DNA from: Octopus vulgaris
Lineage: Eukaryota
Length of the DNA stretch: 64,000 bases
Direction: 5' to 3'
Assembly (NCBI GenBank): GCA_951406725.2
Contig: OX597814.1
Location: forward strand, 24,614,001 to 24,678,000
The position numbers and the translations under genes are program-made. The notes under the pieces were generated by a model. It was given only the letters and a program-made list of their open reading frames with translations, was not told the origin of the DNA and ran no database searches. This document shows, in pieces, positions 53,828 to 64,000 of this stretch. The stretch's first letter is position 1; each line of letters begins with the position of its first letter.

Positions 53828-53862
53828 ACATATACATATATATTTATACTTACATATACATA

Positions 53863-54083
53863 TACGCGGGTGTGCTGAAAATTTCCTGACTTTAAAGGTA
53901 TCGTGAAAGGCCTGGTGGGAAGCCCAACCTCCCAAGTTCTTTTACAGGGCTTAGAAAAACTGAAGGACTGCTGCAATGAGTGTGTGAATCTGAGAGGGGA
54001 CTATGTTGAATAAAATCATAATTAACTGATTTTTCTGTACTTTCTTTTACCCATAGCTAGGAACTTTTCAGCATCCCCTCATA
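53863..54083 (+). mobile_element. Internally deleted mariner (MITE)
   Basis: TIRs TACGCGGGTGTGCTGAAAATTTCCT / AGGAACTTTTCAGCATCCCCTCATA; transposase-end remnant CVNLRGDYVE*. Confidence 0.8.
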
Positions 54084-54111
54084 CATATATGTGTATATAT
54101 ATATATATTTA

Positions 54112-54233
54112 TTTTAGGAAGTTGATTGCTATGGCCACTCAGAGAGTGACCATTGCTTTTGCGTGTAAAAAGCGTTTAGCCATGCAAAACTAATTGTCAC
54201 TCTCTGACTGGCCATGGTAATCAACTTTCTAAA
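54112..54233. repeat. ~120-bp hairpin
   Basis: TTTTAGGAAGTTGATTGCTATGGCCACTCAGAGAGTGAC / GTCACTCTCTGACTGGCCATGGTAATCAACTTTCTAAAA. Confidence 0.85.
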
Positions 54234-55727
54234 AAACATGTTACAGCTTTAATGCTTTAGATTGTGCTTCTTTTTTAGATATATGAACTACTGAATATAT
54301 ATATACATATATATATATATATTACCCCAAGAGAAGAGGTCTTTGTCTTGTCTCATAAGCTATTTGGTGACCCTGACTAGTGCTGGTGCCATGGAAAAAG
54401 TACCGAATAGTCTATGTAAAGTGGTTGGCAGTAGGTAAAGGTATCCAGCTGTAGAAACTATGCCGAAACAGACAATAGAGTTTGAGTCAGGCCTCTGGCT
54501 TGTCAGTTTTTCTCAGACTATCCAACTCAAGCCACCGCTTGATGACAACAATGATGATAGTGATGATGATAATGATGACGATAACTATAACAACAATGAC
54601 GATGATGATGGTGGCAAAGATGATGACATTAATGGGGATGATGATGATGGTGGTGATGATGTTACTGATGATGATGATGATTTGTATATGTTTTGCAATA
54701 TTCATGATGGGAAACTGTATTGAAATAGATATTATTGTACTTTGAGACAGTCATTTCGCAAATAAAATACATGTACTAGCTAGCTGTGGTTAAATTATTA
54801 AATTGGTTATTTCAAATAAATTGATTAGTCTGCTGAAGGCTTTCAACCATAAAAATGTGACCTTTGAAATGACTTCCTGCAACTGCCATTTATCTTTTTT
54901 TGCGTCTGATATTTATTTCTATTTAAGTATCAGGCGCAAAAAAAGTATGTAGTTGTAAATGGTCTTATCATTTTGTGTCTTTTTGTATTTCCTTTTATAT
55001 GGTGTGCATGTAGATGTGTGTGAGCTTTGTGTTTTTTTTTGTTTTGTTTTTTTTGTTCCTGTTGTTTTAATTTTTGCTATTAAATGCATGCAGACACATC
55101 TATGAATTCACTTTTATTGCTGTTGTTGTTGCAGTTGTTGTTGTTGTTGTTGTCAGTGGTGGTGTTTAAGGTGAATGTATTATATTATTCATCTACCTAA
55201 TATCCTCATTACAATTTTGGGTTCTCTGTTTTGATACAGTTGTGTGTTTGTATGCGAATGTGTGTGTGTGTGCACATGTACATGTGCATGTGTGTGTGCA
55301 TATGTGTGTATAGAAAAAATACCATTACTCTCTATATGTTAGCACAGGGAACTGCAGATTATTTATTGGTCAGTAATCCTATGAATACTTAATGTAGAAA
55401 TAGATGCACACAAAAGATGTATTTAATAATCCAGTAGTTATAATTTAATTTATATTCCCTGTTATCTATAATCTCTTAACTTTCCCATATGTATTTTACA
55501 TAAAATTTTAATTATAAGCTGCTTATTTCAGGAAATTTAAGGATTTAAATGATGCTGGGCAAATATATACATCAAACAATGTTTTTATTTTAAATTGTCA
55601 TCCATAGAATCTAACATAGGAACTTGTGTGTAGTAGTTCAACTTACCAGAAAGAGGAAACAATTCTTCTTCAGATCATACTCTACCATCTCAGAAGAGAA
55701 AAGACACATTAGGTACTGTAGTTTCAG

Positions 55728-55957
55728 TGGCGAGCTGGCAGAAACGTTAGCACGCCGGGCGAAGTGCTTAGCGGTATTTCGTCTGTCTTTACATTCTGAG
55801 TTCAAATTCCGCCGAGGTCAACTTCACCTTTCATCCATTCGGGGTCGATAAATTGAGTACCAGTTACGCACTGGGGTCGATGTAGTCGACTTAATCCGTT
55901 TGTCTGTCCTTGTTTGTCGCCTCTGTGTTTAGCCCCTTGTGGGTAGTAAAGAAATAG
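55728..55957 (+). mobile_element. SINE family B, full length
   Basis: 18-bp TSD TAGGTACTGTAGTTTCAG (55710-55727 / 55955-55972). Confidence 0.9.
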
Positions 55958-56417
55958 GTACTGTAGTTTCAGATACAAAATATATCTGGAAAATATGAGA
56001 TGGTCATGAATGGAATGTCTTTGATCATAGGTCTAAACAAAATCTAGGATTATCGTACATTATTTTGCTATAAGTTCAAATTGCTCTTAACCAATTCCAT
56101 ACCATTTACTTAACTTTTCGATCAAAATTTTTTGTGTGGTAGATTCTTCAATAATCTTTAAGCAGTAACAGAACTATTAGTTTTAGAAATGATTCCAGTC
56201 AACTGGTTAACATTATTAAAGACATGACTCAGGAATAAATCTTCTATTGTCTTGCTCATTTCAATCATTCTCATTTCTACCCCACTGCTTAGTCTTTTCC
56301 TGCTTATCTCTTATCCTCTTTGGTAAATGACGGTTACTTTAACACAGATATAAACCTATTTATTACATCTCTTTGATTTTCTGACACCAGGTGCACCAAC
56401 TTTAATCTTAATTGCAT

Positions 56418-56466
<49 letters not shown>

Positions 56467-56746
56467 TAAACACTCCATACATGTACACATACTCATACAG
56501 TATCTACATACTTGTTCAAACAATGCACAACTCCGCATTCTCAGAACAGTATAGTTTATAGTTTATGACATTCTGTAGAGGAATTCTTGTGTGAGAAGAT
56601 TAAGATTTGTTTTCCCAGTTTTCCCAATACCTACCAAGCAATGTTCTCTCTTTCTCTTTCTTTTTATCTACCTATCTGTTTATCTACCTATCTGTTTATC
56701 TGCCTGTCTGGCTGGCTGGTTGGCTTGTTGGCTGCCTGCCTCCTGC

Positions 56747-57035
<289 letters not shown>

Positions 57036-57599
57036 TGTTTATCATTCATTCACTCACTCTTTACACACACATATATGTTTTTGTATATTTATTCATTAGT
57101 GTGTGACTCTCTTTGTACTCCTATATGTATATCTGTTCTTCTTTTGCACCTAACTCAGCCATCACTGAGCTGATCCACAATATAAAATAGACCAGCTGTG
57201 ATCAAACCATCCATTTATATATCAATGACTTTATCGTCCAATGTATCCTTTTGTTTTTAAGACTGGTGTAATTTGAGGGATATTTGTTATTTCCAGTAAA
57301 CAGAGCTTCTCTATCTAAATCCATTTTCTAACAAATGCAGGCAACTATGGATAGTAAATTTTTTCTATTTTTTTGATTGTGCATATGTTTTGTTGTCAGA
57401 TATTCTGGTTTTCAGTAAAAATAGGCTTAGCATTGATCATTAATCAGATAAAAGATATATATATAAATCTGTAGAATAACTTAGTATACAATTAGCTATA
57501 TTATCATTATCTGGGAGGATGGTACATTTACTGAAGTTTTACCTGACAGTGCTAGTAAACTAAATACAGTAAGTAACACAAATAATATAATACAGATAA

Positions 57600-58160
57600 A
57601 AATGTATGAGAAAAAATAGTAAAAAATATAGAACTTTCTTAGCCAGCAGCAACCTACTATATCTAGCATTTGTTGACCTTGAGAGGGCTTTGATAGAATA
57701 CTAGGTTCTATAGCCTGATGGAGCTAAAAATACTTGATGTAAATGAATGAGTTTTGAGACACCTATGAATAAAGCATTCAGGCAGGTGTCCGTCAAGAAT
57801 TGGATCTCAGCTCTCTCCACTTTATTATAGGTTGCAACTATCACAGGAATATAGGCACATAATGCCTTGTTTGTATTGTTGAATATATCAAAGAATCAAA
57901 AAGAAATTCCTATCAGCACAGTGATGGATGTCAAACGTGGTTGATGCCACTCAGCACCCTTTGGCCCCTGTGCCAGTGACACGTAAAAAGCACTCACTAC
58001 GTTTTTTGGAGTGGTCAGCTTTAGGAAGGGCGTCCATCTGTAGAAACACTACCAGATCAGATTGGAGCCTGGTGCAGCCTCCTGGCTTCCCACTTGAACT
58101 GTCCAACTCATGCCAGCAACGAAAACAGACGTTAAACGATGGTGATGATAATGATGATGT
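57600..58160 (+). mobile_element. Deleted RTE relic (RT motifs plus 3' tail)
   Basis: LYLAFVDLE..FDR and GVRQELDLSSLHFII RT motifs, followed by the tail and (GAT)n. Confidence 0.65.
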
Positions 58161-58425
58161 GTCTGAGATAAGAGAAAAGATGTGTGTGTGTATGTGTATG
58201 TCTGTATGTGTGAATGCATGATTTCTTTATTTGTGAGTAACGTCACCAAACATTCTCGTTCTCTTTCTTTCTTCCTGAGAGTTAAACGATGATATATATA
58301 TATATATATTATATGTACATAGAAATATACAAATATATATGTGTATATGTGTACTTATCTATATAAATATATGTGGGGGGGGGCGTTCATGTACACATAT
58401 ACACATATATATGTGTGTGTATATG

Positions 58426-58456
<31 letters not shown>

Positions 58457-58901
58457 GCATCAGCACACATAAGCAAATTCACGTATTCTTATAGTGCACA
58501 ATATGTAAGTCTCCTTTAAAATTACTGATGCAAATATTTAACCTTGGATATGAATTAATTTTTTCTTAGTCACAAGGTGCAGCATTCAAATTAGAAACAG
58601 AAATAAACAAGAAATTAATAAATACATAAAAAAGAAAACAAATTCACCCTCTTAACTGGCAGCTATCATTTTGAAAAATGATTTAATATTTGACTGCAAA
58701 CTAGAATATTTCTCATCACCTTTGTGCCTGACAACAAAATTGGTAAATATTTTCATTAAACACATTTCCCTCTAAATGTAAATTGATTTCTTTCCTCAAG
58801 TCACACCTTCATAAATCTCACTTCTTTCATAAAAAAACATGCATGTTTCATTGTATATAGATATGGTATATATATGCAAGTATACACACATACAAGAATA
58901 T

Positions 58902-58965
<64 letters not shown>

Positions 58966-59699
58966 ATATATATATATATATGCACACACACACATAATGT
59001 AAATATGCATGGAAGTGAATAAATGCACACAAACATTCAATGTGTTTATTATTAAATGTATCTTAAATACAAATATGGAACTATATATATATATGCATAT
59101 TTCATAAGTACCTAATCACCAGTAGCTATGATGGTAATTTTTTCGTAATGTTGTTTCATTATGCATGTGGAGGGGAAAGAAACATTTCACTGACATTTCT
59201 CCTGTTGTGAAAATTTTCTTCAAATATGTTACTAGGAATGTTACAAGAAATGATGACAGGTATAAGTTAGAGAATTCATGTTATCTATTACAATAAAAAT
59301 TTACATCGTTGTCAACATCGTCATTGTGTCACCATCATCATCATTGTTGGTGCCATTGCCATCAACTGAAGCATCATCACTGAACTAATAATGATTACCC
59401 AGCAATGAATGTGTAGTTCTCAAGTTTTGAGTAAACTCTTTTGAAACTTTTTCTTCTAAATCTGAAAATACCATGTTTACATTAAAATCAGACTACTACC
59501 AGTAGAAACAACAAATGAATTTAGGATTATTTGGTTTTATAAGATTGTTCATATAAGGCCATTAGATCAGGGGCTTCCATCAATAATGTAACTGCACTTA
59601 TATGAGCAGAGCTAAACTAGGATGCAGTCCAAGAGGAAGGCCATGATCTTAGAGCTAATGCAGCTTTGCATCATAATTATTGCAGGTATATCCAAACTC

Positions 59700-60078
59700 C
59701 ACCCATCTAACACCCGTGGACACCAAACTCCACCCGTCTAACACCTATGGACATATTTACAAAGTCAGTAAACAGCACAGCTCCCATGACTTTAGGAAAC
59801 ATTTTTTCACGCTGAGAGTTGCTGAAGCATGGAACAAACTGCCGGCATCAGTTGTTAGTTGTCGAAGCACTGCATCCTTCAAAACTTCCATGCTTTCTGA
59901 GATTCGCCAACACTACACCTGATTTTCTCCCCTCCATACACACACAAGTATGTATCTGACTCATACATTGTTCGCTTTGCAGACATTTATACATTACTGC
60001 ATGTACTTTATACGCACTTTCTGACAAGTTGTGGTGCACCTGAGCACTGTATACAATAATTTCATTATTATTATTGTT
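59700..60078 (+). mobile_element. CR1/L2-type LINE 3' end
   Basis: RKHFFTLRVAEAWNKLPASVV...SFK, then 3' UTR and (ATT)n tail. Confidence 0.85.
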
Positions 60079-60932
60079 ATTGCTGTCTGAATGGCAAAAT
60101 CTGGAACATTTATCCCAAGACATTCTATCTAATACTCCAACAGTTCCAACAACCCATCATCCTAGATTGTTACAATATTTTTATTGATTCTAAAGGGATG
60201 AAATGGAAAGCCAGCCTTGGCAGTATTTGAACTCAGAATGCAGAGAGTCGGAACAAATAACATGAGGCATTTTATCAAAAATTGTAGTTACTAAGCCAAT
60301 TCACTACCTTAAGAATTAAGGAAGCTTAGAAAGTTTAGAGTGAAGCAGACAACTCTTCTCAATCATATTTTATGAATCCTGAAAGAATGAAACCTAGAAT
60401 TATTGAAAGTGAATTCTATTGTTGTAGAATTTTAATTCAGAAAATAAAGGGATATCATTAGATACTACGAGATACTGAACTATCTAAATATCACCCACAA
60501 CAACTAGCATTTCTCTTTTTATCAGTAATGCTGAAAAACATGAGTAACAACCAACCATGATGGTCAATGATATAAACAGATCAAATACACAAAAGACAAA
60601 AATACTTGGAAATGATAAATGTATGGTTGTGCAGTAAAGAATTTTTTACTTTATAGCCACTTTGTTTTGGGTTCTGTCCCCCTAAGCAAGTGTCTTCTAC
60701 ACAGTATCAGATAGATTTACTAATGCTTTTTTTTTTAGAAATAGTGAAGAAATACTATTCAGAAGTCTAATGTGTGTCTGTGTGTATTACCATCATCATC
60801 ACCGTCATTTAACATCCAAGTTCCATGCTGGCAACTTGTATGTATGTATATATATCAAAACCTCTCACATACTAGTAAAAAACTTCCCAAAAGAGGTTAG
60901 TAACATCCTGATAAAACATTTTATAACATTTT

Positions 60933-61110
60933 TTTACATTATTTACATTATTTACATTTGACGGATATTTGTTCCCATTTTGTTTGTTGTCAACACAACA
61001 TTTCAGCTGATATACCTTCCAGCCTTCATCAGGTGTCATGGGGAAATTTCGAACCTGGTTTCTCATTCCTAAGGTATTTTCAATGTTATTATTATTATTA
61101 TTATTATTAT
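60933..61110 (-). mobile_element. Second family-E copy (headless) with hammerhead at 60992-61037
   Basis: Reverse complement GACAC-CTGATGA-A-GGCTG-loop-CAGCT-GAAAT-GTT-GTGTT; canonical CUGAUGA core. Confidence 0.75.
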
Positions 61111-61943
61111 TAAATTTGTATAATTTTATGAATGGTAGTTTTTAAGAAAATTATGAAGTAATATGGGAAAATGGTGTTTCTTTTTAAAAAAACTGCCATT
61201 CATTAAATTATACAAATTTCACATTTGATATTTCTGAAGAGCAGAACAGTTATCTATAAATGCTTATCAATATAGGATTCCATTATTCTATATTATCTAA
61301 ATCTATGAACTATATTTGGAATACAGGACAATATAATGGATTTTACACATAACTATTATGGATTATTACAGAAGACTTAACAAGGAAGCATGTATGGATT
61401 TAAAGACTCTCATACTAAAGTGTACTTACCAAAATCAAAAGCAGTAATTTTTAACTTATATTTCAAACAAACACCATTTTACCATATTAGTTCATATTTT
61501 TTTTTTAAATCCACCATTCGATAAATTATGCAAAATTCAAATTTTATATCTCTGAAGAGCAGAAGAGTTGTCTATAAAAGCTTATCAATATAGGATTCAG
61601 TTATAGGTGCAGCACTTATGTGAAACGATTGTAATATGCTTTAAAACTTAATTCAAAACTTTTAAACTGTCATATATATTATATATTTGTACTTATACAT
61701 ATTTACATATATTTTAATATATTTATATTTTTAATACAACAATTATTTTACATACACATATATCTTTCTGAAGAATTTTCTAATATTGATTTCCTGATAT
61801 TAATAATAATATATTATAAGAAAATATATATAATCACTCGTATTAAATACATAAATACTTTAATAGTATTAATACTTTGATACAATAGAGCACTCAATAT
61901 AGATTCAGTACATGAAATTCTCATTGAATATATTTAACTAAAG

Positions 61944-61976
<33 letters not shown>

Positions 61977-61980
<4 letters not shown>

Positions 61981-62912
61981 CAAAACATTCAAACTCTAAG
62001 GTTTTAAATAAGATGTTACTATTGTTAATATCATCTGTGGATAAAATTTGAAATTGAAGGTATCAACAGTAGTAACAGAGGTAGTTTGCAAGCAAATAGC
62101 ATTCTTTAGCTATAATATACAAAATTATCACAAAGCATAAGGATGCAGAAAAGCATCATTTCTAGCAGGTTGATGCTTTTCTACATCCTTATGCTTCGTA
62201 CTAATTTTATAGTGCTATTTGCCTGTGAACCACCTATGTTACTACTGTTGATACCCTCAATTTAAAATTTTATCCACAGATGATATTAACAATAGTAACA
62301 TCCTATTTAAAACCTTAGACACCAATAGAATAAGTACTGGGCTTACAAAAGAATAAGTCCCTGGGTCGAGTTGCTCGATTAAAGGCGGTGCTCCAGCATG
62401 GCCGCAGTCAAATGACTGAAACAAGTAAAAAAAAGAAAGAGAAAAAAAGAGATAAAACAGATAGGTGCAGGAGTGGTTGTGTGGTAAGTAGCTTGCTTAT
62501 CAACCACATGGTTCCGGGTTCAGTCCAACTGTGTGGCACCTTGGGCAAGTGTCTTCTACTATAGCTTTGGGCTGACCAAAGCCTTGTGAGTGAATTTGGT
62601 AGATGGAAACTGAAAGGAGCCTGTCGTATATATGTATATATATGTGTGTGTGTTTGTGTGTCTGTGTTTGTCCCCCCAACATCACTTGACAACCGATGCT
62701 GGTGTGTTTACGTCCCCATAACTTGGTGGTTTGGCAAAAGAGACCAATAGAATAAGTACTAGGCTTACAAAGAATAAGTCCTGGAGTCGTTTTGTTCAAC
62801 TAAAGGCGGTGCTCTAGCATGGCCGCAGTCAAATAACTGAAACAAGTAAAAGAGATGATATTAACAATAGTAACATATTCTTTAAGATCTTAGTGTTTGA
62901 ATGTTTTGTTCA
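61977..62912. mobile_element. Long palindromic element interrupted by SINE-C copies
   Basis: Left arm 61977-~62158 pairs with 62171-62319 plus 62854-62912. Confidence 0.8.
62320..62853 (+). mobile_element. SINE family C: 3' fragment (62320-62435) plus full copy (62462-62853)
   Basis: Colinear with the reverse complement of 12672-13083. Confidence 0.85.
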
Positions 62913-63704
62913 GAAATATGTCTGCACCATGTGCTGTGTTTTTGGCACAAAACAAGACCAGTACACTAACGGACATATAACGTGATAGACTGAATTTTTA
63001 CCAGGTGATCTACACTGAAGGTGCTCAAGGATTAAATTTCCAAAAGCTGAAATTTGGGTATGTAGATATCCCAAATATCATGATATTTTATATGTGAGCT
63101 TTTGAATATATTAATTCGTTTCGCTTCCTTGCCTTCTATTATTTCTCTGTTTTCTTGGTGCTTTACATTGGTTTACTTCCAAGGCCTCAGGTTTTATTTC
63201 AGGGATTTCCTTCTCCTAGGTTAATTACCAACCTAGGTTAAAGAGCTTCAACCTGCCCATGAAGTAAGCTATCCCATTCCAGACACCAAACCAATGCTCA
63301 AACACTCTATAAAGTGATCAAATATCACTCCGGTGACTGATGCAGAGTAGTTCATTCATCCCCCCCAAAAAATAATAAAAAGGTACTATATGTGATTTTC
63401 AAATCTAAATAAGAATTAAATATAAATGATATATATAGATATGAAATTTTAAAAGATATGCAATAAATATAATTAAATATGTATATAAAATAAAAATATA
63501 CATATACATACATATAAAAAAAGGTATGATGTGTGAATAAGAATTGAATATAAATAATATATATAAACAAAGTAAAATATATGAAATTGAAAAAAAAGTA
63601 AGATTTAAATATAAATAATATATACATAAAAGCAAAAATATACATATATATACATATAAGAATAAAAAGATATATACATATTTATAGACATTTTCTTGAA
63701 TAGC

Positions 63705-64000
63705 TGTTGACTGCTCATGAGTTCCTCCACCCTTTGACAGGTCTTATTCTTCATCCCACAGAGTGTCCAACAATACCCTCCTCACCAAGCAAGCCTGGTG
63801 GGGTTGCCAGTTTAGTTGCTGACGACCCAACCATGCAACAAGTTGTACTGGATTACATGTTACCAGTAGCACTCGAGCAACCTGACATTACACATCCATC
63901 GGAGCATGCTGGCTTCATTCCTTGCAAGCTTACACATATCCTCAGCAGTCACAGCCCATGTTTCACTGCCATGTAGCATGGCTGTTATGACGCATGTCTA
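63705..64000 (-). mobile_element. RTE ORF fragment joined to a GC-richer retroelement segment
   Basis: MLHGSETWAVTAEDMCKLARNEASMLRWMCNV on the minus strand at ~63880-63980. Confidence 0.7.

Overview
AT-rich eukaryotic genomic DNA, not prokaryotic. The dense (TA)n/(CA)n/(CTAT)n microsatellites, several tRNA-headed SINE families and abundant RTE-LINE 3' ends look like an Octopus/coleoid cephalopod genome; this is an inference from recall and was not searched. No intact protein-coding gene is recognisable, and almost all ORF-track entries are microsatellite or transposon read-throughs. The window reads as a large intron or intergenic region. It holds relics of RTE, CR1, Tx1/L1, R4/Dong and Penelope-like retroelements, mariner, maT (DD37D) and piggyBac DNA transposons, three non-autonomous Helitrons, and several long imperfect palindromes. 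A few weak + strand exon candidates are present. The most notable signal is a set of minimal type-I hammerhead-ribozyme folds carried by at least three unrelated short elements: a tRNA-headed SINE-like element, a long hairpin whose stem extends ribozyme stem I, and a TA-embedded element. A Penelope-like ORF relic with a degenerate hammerhead upstream lies in the same window. Coordinates were read by eye and may be off by a few bases.
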